A stretch of 59,501 nucleotides of DNA, the filler included, from Octopus bimaculoides (lineage: Eukaryota), in assembly GCF_001194135.2 (NCBI RefSeq). It is 4 parts of 4 records of this genome, joined end to end, with 100 filler letters (N's around TTAATTAATTAA, not from the genome) between each part and the next. Parts side by side here need not be neighbours in the genome. Positions count along the whole stretch, not along the records: positions 26,538 to 50,400 come from NC_068990.1; 3 more parts are not named here. The stretch is one strand, 5' to 3'. Positions 27,396 to 39,657 of the stretch are shown one piece after another (the first letter of the stretch is position 1; the number at the start of each line of letters is the position of its first letter). The notes beneath the pieces are model-generated. The model had not been told where the DNA came from, ran no database searches, and worked only from the letters and a program-made list of their open reading frames with translations. The position numbers and the translations under genes were made by a program.

Positions 27396-28568
27396 CTTCA
27401 AGTATTCTGATATGAGCCAATCTAATAAACAAAAGGAATCAATACTTTTTAAAAGTCTATTCTGCACTATAAAGATAATGGCTATGAATCACTTAGACTT
27501 CACCGAAAGGTCAACTCGTAAAGATAATTGACCTAGACTCTGATGCGGTTTCGATTCTCGATTAAAATCTTTCCTGTTAACATACACCACTGATATGCAT
27601 GATAAAAGCCCAAACATCACGCAATCAGCCAATATATGCCGAGTATACATTCAATATGCAAATGAGTGGGAAACATTTATCATGATGAAGAATATATTTC
27701 ATCTAATGTAAATTGGTGTTACGTGTTTGAAGATAACATTTGATAAGTATTACTTTCATTCTAACTGAAAAAAAAAAAAGTGATTCATAATGTCAGATAT
27801 TAAATAGCATACATAGTATTGATTTATTGACCTAATCAGATTCTTTTTGGTAAGGATTACTGTTTGACCTTTCGAAACTTCGTTTGAGGGAGATTAAGAA
27901 GAAATTTGATATAATTTGTCTTTTGAAAGAACTATCTGCCGACGTCATCAAATTATAATCGTAGATATGAGAAATTCAGGGTTAAGCTGTTAAGATTCAG
28001 TAAAGTTACATATTATTAGATAATCTAATCAAACTTTATTTAAAAGTAGTAAATTTTACATGTATATCGCTAATTAACTTCGTTACCAGCTAATGATAAT
28101 TCGCTAGCCACGTATTTTATATGAGCAATCCTATATAAACACATTGGTAATATATTTTATTTATAGGGGATTTGTAGTGTTATTCTATTCAGGTCATTCA
28201 CAAGGTTGATACTTCGGTGAGCAGACAGTCAATTAAGAATCATAAGCGGCTTTGAAAATCTCAATTCTCCAGGATTGGTCACGTTCTTGTTGCTTATATT
28301 GGTCAATAGAATAATAATTCCCTAGACGCACAAATAGCTTTAATTCCCAATGTAAATGTATTTCACTTCCTTGATAACTGTGTTATTTTTAGGAACATGA
28401 TATCACAAAACCCAACATCTCAAGATTCAATATCTAAGATACGGGATACAGTCTCAACCGAACTTTTAATTAAGTGAAATTTTACACTTAGTTCGAGAAG
28501 ATAATAATACTAGTTGTTTTTATTATCTTTTATATGTTACTTGTTTTAATCATAAAGATGATGCTTGC

Positions 28569-28880
28569 ACACCGCTTAGAATGGTTTAGTGAAACAAATC
28601 TACCCCAGTGCTTATTTTTAAGTCTGGTACTTTCGCTGGTTAGGGAAGTTACGGGGATGTAAACAAACCAATGCTGGTTGTGAAAGGGAAATTGTACAAA
28701 CAGAAACATATACATAAATATCTATATATACGACTTTCAGAGTTTCCTTCTACCAAATGACTTCACAAGGCATTAGCTGACTTGTGGTTCTAGAATACAC
28801 TAGCCATGGTGCCTCGCAAAGGGACTGAACGCAAAATCTCGTGGTAGCAGAGCAAACTTCTTCATAACACCGCCATGCCC
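28569..28880 (-). mobile_element. SINE family A copy (old, diverged)
   Basis: AAGTTACGGGGATGTAAAC..GGTTGT..CGACTTTCAG.GTTTCC..GGGACTGAAC. Confidence 0.8.
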
Positions 28881-28904
28881 GTTCCTATTATCAATGTTTT
28901 ACAA

Positions 28905-29282
28905 GGCAGCGAACATGTAGGATCGTTAACACGCCGGACGAAATGCTTAGCAGCATCTCATCCGTCTTTACAATCTGAGTTCAAATTCTGTCGGGGTTGA
29001 CTTTCCGTCTTTATGGTTTCGGGGTCAATAAAAGAGTCAGTTGAACATGGTCAATTTAATTGACATAACCCTTCTCCCAAGCTTACTGGCCTTAGGCCAA
29101 AATTTGAGACTAATGTTTTACAAGGCGGTGAGCTGCCAGAATCGTTAGCTCGCCGGGCAAAATGCTTATCGGCATTTTGACCGTCTTTACGCTCTGAGTT
29201 CCATTTCGGTCGAGGTCGACTCTCGCTTTCATCCTTTTCCCGACACCTGAAATTGATGGCCTTGGCCCAAAATTTGAAATCG
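28905..29282 (+). mobile_element. Two tandem SINE family B copies (about 28905-29110 and 29124-29282)
   Basis: Each has A-box-like head, CTGAGTTC(AAATT)C B-box-like motif and GGCCT...CCAAAATTTGA tail; AATGTTTTACAA occurs at 28893, 29112 and 29288. Confidence 0.88.
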
Positions 29283-29644
29283 TTATTAATGTTTTACAAA
29301 TGAAGGTGGATATGATAACAAGAAATTTAAAATTTATCTCTCCAAGTTAATTTATATGCTTGCTGAAGTGCTTGTATTTCGTATTGTCTACCCTTGCTTA
29401 ACTGAACAGCTAAATACTTTTGTTCAAAGAAAATTAGCTACAAATAATTCCTGACATGTGTAACTAAATGAAATGCTTTAAGGGATGTAACTCTAATAGG
29501 CATCGATTTAAATATATAAGTTGAAGGGTGATGTACTTCATACTGCATGCAGAATTACAAAAAGTTGTAAACATTTTTTTGTAGTGGTGAAATTATTGGA
29601 AAATATAAAACTATGGTAAATGCACAGAAATTTTATGATGGTCT

Positions 29645-29701
<57 letters not shown>

Positions 29702-29760
29702 GAAATAAAATATTGACATAACCGACCGGTTTCGCTTAAGAAACATTATGTCTTATCTGC

Positions 29761-30155
29761 ACTCTTTTACTTGTTTAAGTCATTGGACTGCGGTCATGGA
29801 GGGGCACTGCCTTGAAGTGTTTTGGCCGAAAAGATTCGACGCCGGTGTTTATATGTTTTTGTTAAAGCCCCGTACTTATGCTACCAACTCTTTTGCTGAA
29901 CTGCAAATTTAAAGCGACATAATCAAACCAACATCGGTTGTCAAGCAGCGTGGGATGATAAACGCAAACTGAACGACACACATGCACACACGTATATATA
30001 CGACAACCTTCTAAACATCTTTCGCACCCAGTTCAAAACAGTTGAACAGTTGTGTAGGTCGGTGCGGATCTATTGTAAAAGAGAATTGTTTAATGTACTA
30101 TGCAGTATGACTGAACCCGAAACAGCGTGTTTACAAGAGGAACTTACTAGCAGAA
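29761..30155 (-). mobile_element. SINE family A copy, full length but diverged
   Basis: ACTCTTTTACTTGTTT.AGTCATT.GACTGCGG tail end through GACTGAACCCGAAAC head end. Confidence 0.82.
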
Positions 30156-30477
30156 CTCAGGACATAGATCTACCGCTTTCCTGGATCAACAACCAAAATT
30201 ATTAATCCTTAGATATTGTAAATAAAATAAAACCATGTTGAATACAAAATGAAATTTCGATTCGGACCATTGAATAATCATTACATTACGGTAACGCAGT
30301 TAGAAAAATTAAAGTTGTAACTACGGCACATATCATCTGACTCAAATACATGGCTGTAATGTAAATCAAATGAAGCTAACCAATACTTACTGAAATTAAT
30401 TACATTTATGGGTTTAATCTCCCGAGACATAGCTCAAAGTGTTATAAATCAAAATAAATTAATGTATACTCTTTAGA

Positions 30478-30693
30478 ATCTTTTCTACTCTAGGCACAGA
30501 GGCCCGAAACGTTTAGAGAGTGAGCCAGTCGATTAGATCGACCCGAATACGCAATTGGTACTTAATTTATCGACCCCGAAAGGAGGAAAGGCAAAGTCGA
30601 CCTCGGGGGAATTTGAACTCAGAACGTAAAGCCAAACAAAATAACGCTAAGCATTTCGCACGGCGTGCTCTCGTTTCTGCCAGCTCGCCGCTT
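30478..30693 (-). mobile_element. SINE family B, full length
   Basis: TTTTCTACTCTAGGCAC tail, ATCGACCCCGAAAGGA core, GGCGTGCT..CTGCCAGCTCGCCGC head. Confidence 0.92.
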
Positions 30694-30862
30694 TGTTTAC
30701 TCTTTAGAATATACAGAGTAGGCCACTAATGGTGGTATGGTAAAAGGAGCCCATAAAGCAAGTAGCAGCCTAGGTAAATGGAAAGAAGTGCTATGGTCCA
30801 CTTCAACGATTGACTCCTCAAAGGGGATGCCGACATCTTGTGGCTGAAAGCAGTTAAATAAT

Positions 30863-31059
30863 CCTTTTTACTATAGGTACAAGGCCTAAAATTTGGAGGA
30901 GGGTGGCTGCAGTACTTAACTGGTATTTATTTTATCATTCTCGAAAGGATGAAAGACAAAGTCAACCTCGGTGGAATTTGAAATCTGAACGTGGAGACGG
31001 ACGAAACACTGCTCGGCATTTTTCCCAGCGTGCTAACGTTTCTACCAGCTCGTCGCATT
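30863..31059 (-). mobile_element. SINE family B, full length, with an 18-bp target-site duplication
   Basis: TGAAAGCAGTTAAATAAT (30845-30862) and TGAAAGCAGTAAAATAAT (31060-31077) flank the copy, one mismatch. Confidence 0.92.
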
Positions 31060-31084
31060 TGAAAGCAGTAAAATAATAAAAAAG

Positions 31085-31167
<83 letters not shown>

Positions 31168-32172
31168 GTGTGCGTGTATGTGTAGGTACATATGTGTATG
31201 TACATATGTATGTACACAGAGAGATCTATGTGTGTGTATGTGTGTGCGTGCATGTTTGCATACATACACACACACGCACGCGCACAGAAATAAACGCGTG
31301 CTCGCGCGCACACAGGCAGCTGTATCAATGTCATATCTAAAGGGACATCGAATGAATATGAAAATATCCTGTATGCGTGTGCCCTTTATAGCAAGCCATG
31401 ACTGATGTTACATTTATTTAGTAATAAGAAAATATCTCAGAATAAACTATATTTACGATCTGCCGGTTCATTCATTATGTATGATATTATGAAGAATTAT
31501 CCTGTTGGAATCTAAACGTATTGAAATACCTATATAAGGCCACGTTGTTTTCAAAACAAAAATTCTTCAGATTACATAATCTAAATATTTCTTAAGAAAG
31601 TAGAACAGAGTTTTAGCCAAGTAAATTGAGAAAGATGTTGAACAAACAAAAATATCAAAATAAAAGAAGGAGAGAAAGAGAGATAGTTTCCCCCGCACAA
31701 TGTACTACTTTTAGATTGTGTGGAAATAGATTCTTGGCATAATATATTATTAAACGATGTAACATGCTTCTTCCACTGAAAACAATAACGAAGTTCTGTT
31801 TTATTTTTCTCAGTAAATAACCTCCTACTTTTAAAAGAGTTATTTAGATCGGAAAAACATAAAAGAAAATCTTACAAAAATATTTTTGATTTTATTTCAG
31901 TGTTAAGCAACAACGAAAACCTTGTGAAAAAATTATTAAAATATAAACATAAAATAAAATCATAAATAAGATACAATATAGTTATAAGAATACGGAATAT
32001 CGTTGTTCTGTTTTATTTTTTATTTTATGCATGCGTCGATGAAATTATATGTGACTTACTAATTTTCCCTATTTCAATTTCTTTTACGTTGTTTGGTAAT
32101 GAATAGATATGAGATTAATGTCTCATTTCTGACATTGCAGAGATAGGCAGTTCGATTTAGTAACACGAGCCA

Positions 32173-32220
<48 letters not shown>

Positions 32221-32540
32221 TACGGTGGAAAATATACATAGGATGTTTATACAATTTCAATCTATATTGCAGGAAAGCTAAACCTGTCATTTCCTCGTGA
32301 GTTTGAAACGCTGTAACACGCTCGTCCATGAAGATAAATGTTTATAAATACATTCGGTGGGACGGATTTAGGATGTTGTGAAGTGGTTGCAATGATGGTT
32401 ACATTTTCATACAGACTTTATAGAACCTCAGTAATACGCCAACAATAATCCTTTCATCAAAATATGGAATTTACTATATGTGAGCTGTCGATGTTATTGT
32501 TTAATTCTTTATCGGTTTTGGTTGATGAAACCCATGAGAA

Positions 32541-32706
32541 AGGTGGTGAGCTGGCGGAAACGTTAGCACGCCGGGCGAAATGCTTAGCAGTATTTCGTCT
32601 GCCATTACGTTCTGAGTTCAAATTCCGTCGAGGTCGACTTTGCCTTTCATCCTTTTGTTTGTACCCTCTATGTTTAGCCCCTTGTTGGTAATAAAGAAAT
32701 AAGAAA
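32541..32706 (+). mobile_element. SINE family B copy with an alternative 3' tail
   Basis: Well-preserved head (GAGTTCAAATTCC B box), then TTTGTACCCTCTATGTTTAGCCCCTTGTTGGTAATAAAGAAATAAGAA instead of the usual tail. Confidence 0.88.
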
Positions 32707-32751
32707 CCTATGATCAAGAGCATTCCAGTCACAACTGTCCAGTCTTTTTCA

Positions 32752-32915
32752 GAAATGTTGATCTCAAAATTTGGCAGAGGGCCAGCAATTTTTTTTCGGA
32801 TGAGGGAGGTAGTAAGTCGATTACATCGACCACAGTGCTCAACTGGTACCTACTTTATTGACCCCGAAAGTATGAAAGGCATACTCTACCTCGATGGAAT
32901 TTGAACTCAGAATGT
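32752..32915 (-). mobile_element. SINE family B, head-truncated
   Basis: AAGTCGATTACATCGACC.CAGTGCTCAACTGGTAC..TTGACCCCGAAAG.ATGAAAGGC. Confidence 0.85.
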
Positions 32916-33926
32916 ACCAAGGAGCCTCTCTCCGTTAAAGCTTGACCAGCTAAAATCACAGAGTTGCTTAAGATCCTTGTGTCCTGTACGTAGATGAAAA
33001 AGATGTAACGATGGCATGGTTTGGACTGAAATACCGTTGAACTGGGTTGTTTGATGTATTTGAACAATGTTGGCATGAAGATGGACAGCTACGGTTATTT
33101 TTCTTCTAAGATATTTTCTAAATGTAATCCATTCCATACAGGATTGTTTTGAATTCCGGAAATGCAGTAGTCAATGAATAATTAGAATATTTTCTAGCTG
33201 TATGGGAAAGAGCTAAAAGCTCTGCTTCATTTAATTTTATCTTTTGAAAATTGAAATCCTATCATGATCAACTGTATCTTACATTCCGCCAGGTTCTACA
33301 AAGCAACTGCTTTCTCACGTGCTAATGTACAAAAAATTTCAAGTGGGCGACGAGCACTACAGAATTTGTCGGCCTCTCAGTTGGATTTATTTCACATACA
33401 CATATCTTATTTTAGCATGTCGTAATACGTTATGAATACAAAATATGAAATAGTATAAATTTCTGCTTTAAAGCTTTATGATTACATGAGGCTGATGTCC
33501 ATAAGAAAGGAAGAGGTGATAAAGTCAAGGCACTTTCAGAATCTTTTACAAGTGTCTTTGGTAAGATCTATATAAAACAATTGTTTCAAATTTTGACACA
33601 AGAGCACCTATGTGAGTGAGTATAAGTTGATTGCATCAACATTAGTACTTGAATTTAGCACTTACCTTATTGACTCCGAGATGATGAAAAGCAAAATTCA
33701 TCTAGGGAATATTTGAACATAACACTTAAACAAATGCAAGAAAAGACGCGAAATATGCTGCCTATTCGTCATATTGGTCTTCAATAAAATATTAACAAAT
33801 TTAACTGAAGTATGACTTCTTCCTTAGAATACAGACAATTTAAAAAAAATTGTAAAACACTTATATAGTAGATTATATTTGATTCATTGTGTTATTCCTT
33901 TTCTGTACCCAATATTCCATCGGTTT

Positions 33927-34134
33927 AGGGGGTCAGCTGGCAGAATCGTTAGTACGCCGGACAAAATGCTTAGCGGCATTTCGTCCATCCTTACATTCTG
34001 AGTTCAAGTTCCGTCAATGTCGACCTTGCCTTTCATTTTGGGGTAAACCAAATAAGTATCAGTTGAGCATTGAGGTCAATGTAATCGACCTAGCCCCTTT
34101 CCCTAAATTGCTGACCTTGTGCCAAAATTTGAAA
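33927..34134 (+). mobile_element. SINE family B, full length
   Basis: CAGCTGGCAGAATCGTTAG head, CTGAGTTCAAGTTCC B box, CCTTGTGCCAAAATTTGAAA tail. Confidence 0.9.
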
Positions 34135-36262
34135 GCATTTTCCAACAATGAAACCCAAAGTTACATTCGAGATTGAAACTCAGGATTCATTTTGAATGAA
34201 ACTCTGATTATGTAAAATGATAAGTTTTAAAAATATGCTGTTTTTAACTTTTCTGCCAAATCTTTAGCTATTTGTTTTAAAACAACGTCCTTTCACACAT
34301 GTTTATACTCTATTTTCTTAATATAAACATTCGATTCTCATATGCTTGGGGGAAATTTGTAAAATTACTTAGTTATTTTTTCCTTGACACATTCATTCAT
34401 AAGCAATAAAACAACGTTTACTTGATAGAGACTAAGGTCTGGAAATTGCAAGCCTTTAAATGGGCTTCAAATATTCCAAATTGGCCTGTTTTTTATTTTG
34501 ATTTGAGTTGTAAAATATTAACAGTAACAATCCATCATGTATTGATTTTCACCTGCATTGCTAAGGTCACTTTCCAAAAAGGATTTGTGAACTGATATAT
34601 TTGTTCTGTCATCATCGTTATTATTACGTAGTGCTATCAAATTAAGATGCGAACCGTTGTCAATTTATCGCAAGTCAATTTATGATCAGAAGAGTAAAAA
34701 GTGCATCAAAAACGATGGTAAATTTCTAACGATTCCCAAGTCACTCACTTAGGATTTTCCCCCTACTTTCAATTTGCTGCTATGTTTATTGAACAATGAG
34801 ACCAAATTTTATACCAGTAGCACATTTCAAATTCTTGCATTTTATTATATAGAGGCCAATATTTACAAAATACTTTTTAAATACTTACGACAGTATTTTA
34901 TGTTTTCAATATTATATTCATACAAAAAGGCGGCAAGCTAACACAACAGTAGCAGCATTTCGTATGTCCTTACGTTCAGAGTTCAATATCCACCGACATC
35001 CAAGTTGGAAGAAGAATACATAAAAATCCATCTTGACATAGTCAAGGCTATCAGGCTTGTAATTAATTCTAGGTAGAATTCTAATTCTTCTTCCCACTTG
35101 GATTTTAAATGTCGCCACAATTATAATATGTCTATTCTACTGTAATTTTCTACATTTTTGTGCAGCTGAAGATTGCTCTACATATTGCATTTAATGTAAT
35201 CCTCGTATTACTTAAATAAATGGAGTAGCATGAAACGTGCGTACTGCAGTCATCTTTAAAATCCGTGTTGCTTATTTTGATTTTTTGATCACCTTGCTTT
35301 TGGAATGGCTTTTGGATAATACCATACTATATTCTGGTACCTAAACATAAGTACCATATTCAATTTTGAATCTAAATCTAAATGTTATATATATATATAT
35401 ATGCAACTGTAATTAATCAATCATCCAATTAATCATAACACTGTTCACCTGTTCTTACAGATAAATTTATAATATTTATGCTTTACAGTAGGATGTTTAC
35501 TTGTCAAACTGAACATTTTCTGGTTATATTGATTTTTGCGTTCCTGCTATGAGTTCCTGGTTGGATAATACACAATATGTTTTTCTTTCCTATATCTACT
35601 ACATTGTGCAAAATTTCTTACATATTCTGTATATTCTTAGCAGACGCTGCCTATGAATATTTCTGGTCAAAATTTCTGGTCTTAGAATACACAAACCATT
35701 GTTGCTATTGTTATTGTTGCTGTCCGCTTACAACGGTCACGTTTCACAGAATTACGTGTAGATGATTGCTTTCAACTTTACTGTATGATAAAAAGAAAAT
35801 GAAATTTTTGTATTTCTTTTACCATCAAAGGTGAGAACATCTCCCCTGTGACAAATGGAAGACAGAGGAGCTGACTTTAGACATTTTAACAATTGTGTTC
35901 TCATTTTTAAATTTAAACACTTGCCGTTGGAAGAAAGTAAAGCAAATAATGAAAGCCACAATAACGACAACAAAACCAATGTAAAAGATTACCTAACAAG
36001 AGAAGCGTTCAAATTGTTACTGAATTTATTAGTGTCTGAAACTGATAAAATTTAATTCCTCCTAACTTTGGCACAAAGAAATTTTGAGGGAAGGGAACAG
36101 GGCATTATAATCGATTGGGACTTTATTTTAACCATCCAGAAGAATCAGGGACAAAGTTGACCTCAGTAATGTTTTCAACTCATAATGTAAAAGGCCACTG
36201 AGAAAATATTAAAAAATGACAGCACTGTCAATCCTCTTTCAGATGATATTTTATTGTTGAGG

Positions 36263-36497
36263 GGTGAAGGTGCGTGGCTCAGTGGTTAGGGTATTCGACT
36301 TATGATCATAATGTTTTAACTTCAATCCCTGGCGACCCGTTGTGTTCTTGAGCAAGACGATTATTTCACGTTGCTTCAGTCAGTTCGTAAAAATGAGCAG
36401 TTCCAATGATCAGCCACTTACAATATAATTTCATGAGCAGGCTGTTCCGTTGATCGGATCAATTCGAATACTCGTCGCCGTAACCGACGAAGTGCCA
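36263..36497 (+). mobile_element. SINE family C copy (internally deleted)
   Basis: TGGCTCAGTGGTTAGGG A box, TTGTGTTCTTGAGCAAGAC core, GCAGGCTGTTCCGTTGATCGGATCA tail. Confidence 0.85.
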
Positions 36498-37162
36498 GTT
36501 TTTTTTTTTTAATCGTGGACGGACGAAGTCGATCTTATACAAGTGAGACATCTGTACAGGGAAATATATGAGAAAATACACTACGAAATTTGGCATTGTT
36601 TACATGTTCAGGAAGAGACATGTCTGAAGCATTATCGGGTTGTATATGATTCCTCACGTAAACCGGACAACATAAAATTGATGAAGTTTTGTATATTACA
36701 GAGACTAATGTAAGATTGCACCCTTTTATTCTAGTAAATTTAGATTATTTGTTCATCATATAAGATTTTATGGAAATGGGTGAGCGAAATCTGCAGTTGT
36801 CTGCACATTAATATGTCACGACTGGTGACAATTTGATATAGGTAGGTCTGAGAAGTTAATTCGATGTATGGCCTAATTTCAGCTATTTTGGTATTTTTTA
36901 AATTCACTTCGTTGCAAATATAGATTAAAGCAAATTCTAAAACAGAATAAATCAATAAAGATTGCTTTTATTCTCTAATAAACGAACAATGGAAACTTAT
37001 ATTCTCTATTTGCCATTGACATATTAATTTAACTATGACATGTCTGACTGCTAAAACTATTGCAACAAAATAGTTTGAATTTCGGTAGCAGGGAATGTTT
37101 TTTGGATTGGAAGTTGACGCAGCAATTTAGAAAAAAGTGATGCTGAAGATCGTGTATGTATG

Positions 37163-37193
<31 letters not shown>

Positions 37194-37437
37194 GAAGGTT
37201 TGTATATGTATGTGTGTGTGTGGTTTTGTGTTTGTGTAGGTGTTATGTAACACGCAAGTGATTGTGCACGAGGTGTATATGCATAGAATGTACCTACGTT
37301 CATGTTGCGCTGATGTAGATAACACAAACTCTAAATATAGCCAACATAATAAATCTTGAATTCATCTCATCGATAAAAGAATAGCCTGGTCTGTTGACAA
37401 CAGAATGTGTAGAATTATCCCTCCTTGACATTTGTAG

Positions 37438-37519
37438 AAAAAGATTACCTCTAGTTCCGGAATATCGTCACTTCCACAATGTATCTGAAAAGTGTATTGA
37501 GGTTGTAAAGCAGCTGCCA
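37438..37519 (+). CDS. Candidate internal exon (82 nt) of an unidentified gene
   Basis: Acceptor ..CCCTCCTTGACATTTGTAG| and donor CCA|GTAAGT; only one frame is open (KRLPLVPEYRHFHNVSEKCIEVVKQLP). Peptide not recognised. Confidence 0.3.
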
Positions 37520-37654
37520 GTAAGTCTATTAATCATAAAGGTCGGTAGGGGGGGGGGTGATGACTGTACAATGTGTAAACTTGTATGGCTGTAGAATATA
37601 CAAGCATATCGCCACTTGTAAACAGATAACACAGGTGTGAAGGTATGTTGCTTA

Positions 37655-37790
37655 CTCGTTAGGGGTGTTCGGCTTATGATCATGATGTTGATTCTGTTCC
37701 AGGCTTGTCGGTAAATTGAGTCCTTGAACAAGACACATCATTTCACGTTGCACCACTGTACTCTGCTGAAAATGAGCTAAACTCAAGTGC
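37655..37790 (+). mobile_element. SINE family C, 5' part
   Basis: GTTAGGGGTGTTCGGCTTATGATCATGA..GAGTCCTTGAACAAGACACATCATTTCACGTTGC. Confidence 0.75.
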
Positions 37791-39039
37791 TGGTTCATCT
37801 TATTCTCTCCCTTCTCTCCTTTCAACTGTCTCACTTAGGATAAGTCGCTGGCCGAGAGCTGGCCATGTCTGTTGTGAATGCATAAGGACATACGTCATTT
37901 AGCGTAAGTGGAGAACATGTTAGCAAGATGTAGTTTACGGGTGACATCTGGCTTATTACATACCATGAATTAAATCAAACGTGAATCTGTGCAATAAAAT
38001 TGACTACTTTCGTCATATCCTAGGGTTGTTTTAACTCGTTTAGCAAATATATTTTCTTGGGAAAAAAGTCTTCAAAATTATGATGAGCCTCACTTAAGTC
38101 AATTAAGTCACATAGATACATTTATATCCATAATATTGTTGTTATGGAAGGATTTCTAGCACGCATCATACATCTAAGCAGTTTTGTATGTAAGTGGAAA
38201 CAAGATTTTTGTCGATATTTGCATAAAATTAATCAGTTTTCTTTCCAAAAAGCATTTCGTAAATATTTACATTACCTATTATAGGTGTATACGAATGACA
38301 AGTCCATTAGCTGAAGAGATTAGATAAGGCGATATAATCATATATATACTTCTATTTTCCAATTGATAACTACTTAGCGTATATCTCAACTCCTTTTATC
38401 CTCTTATATTACTTGTTTCTTGTAAGTACGAACTGTTTTAAGGAATCTTTAATGGCGTTAGCTGTGCGAGGTGTGGTTGTTTGTCATCAGAATTATTGGA
38501 AAGATAAGGAGAAGTCGATAAGGAATTATGAACTAGAGAGTAGTGTTAACATATTCATACAAAGACATTATGTATGTGTATATGTGTCTGCGTGTGAGAG
38601 TGATAGAGAGAGTTAGAGGCGCACCGAACAAAACGAATTGCGGTCTTTCGTTGCTGATTTTATTCTGAATTGAAAACAAACGCATCGCAGTCCTGCGGGT
38701 TCTATAAAATAATGTTCATTCTGATACTAGGCTGGAATCAACTGAGTCGCTCTTCCTCCAAAGATATTACCTATTCTGCTAAATTTCTAAATCAATACAT
38801 AATGGTGAAAAGAAAAGGTACGATAACGACGATGATGGTCGTGAATAGGTGTAGTCTTGGTGATGGTGATGATGATGGTAGGTGGTAGCTGTGATTATAA
38901 TGGTTATATCCCAATGATAATGATGAAGATTGTGGCAATATAGAATTAATTGTAGACTCTCTTTAAATGAAAAGGTGGACTCTTTATATGAAGTGTTGAT
39001 ATACAATATCGCCCGCCGAATGGATAACAGGCAAAGGTG

Positions 39040-39569
39040 ATTTCTGTGGCATTTCAACACAGAAGGTACAGATTCAGAACAGATATCGCATGCTCTAACG
39101 ATTCTGGCAGCTGACCTTAATTATATAAGATTAATAATATTTTTTTTTGCTAGCTCAGGTGCAAAGCCAGTAGATTTGAAGTGTAGCAGATAACATGGAT
39201 CCCAATACTTGGACTATTTTCCCTACGTCGAACGAATAGGAGCTCAACTTCATCTTAGCGGGATTTAAACACAAAACAAAGATTCGGATGTGATTAACAT
39301 TCACTCTCGACTACATGTAGCTAGGAAACAACAACAGCAACAACAACGACAACAACTCAAAATCAATAATAACATCAGTAGCAAGTGCACCAACGACAAT
39401 AATAATAGTAACAAGCGCAATACAGCAATGAGCTGAACCATTCAGAAACTGTATTAATCGTTGCTTTACTGCAATATCATTCATTTAGATGTATTGTGTA
39501 AAGGTCAATGCTCTATGGAGAATATACTTTTTTTAGGGATTTTAGACGAATATAATTGGGACAAGAAGA

Positions 39570-39657
<88 letters not shown>

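Noticed and set aside
36513-36712. Roughly 66-codon open frame (WTDEVDLIQVRHLYREIYEKIHYEIW..) faintly like a MADF/Myb or transposase N-terminus
   Set aside because: No diagnostic residue pattern I can defend and no convincing splice sites
38731-38817. Possible 87-nt exon (WNQLSRSSSKDITYSAKFLNQYIMVKRK)
   Set aside because: Weak donor (GTACGA), phase incompatible with the 37438 exon, no recognisable peptide
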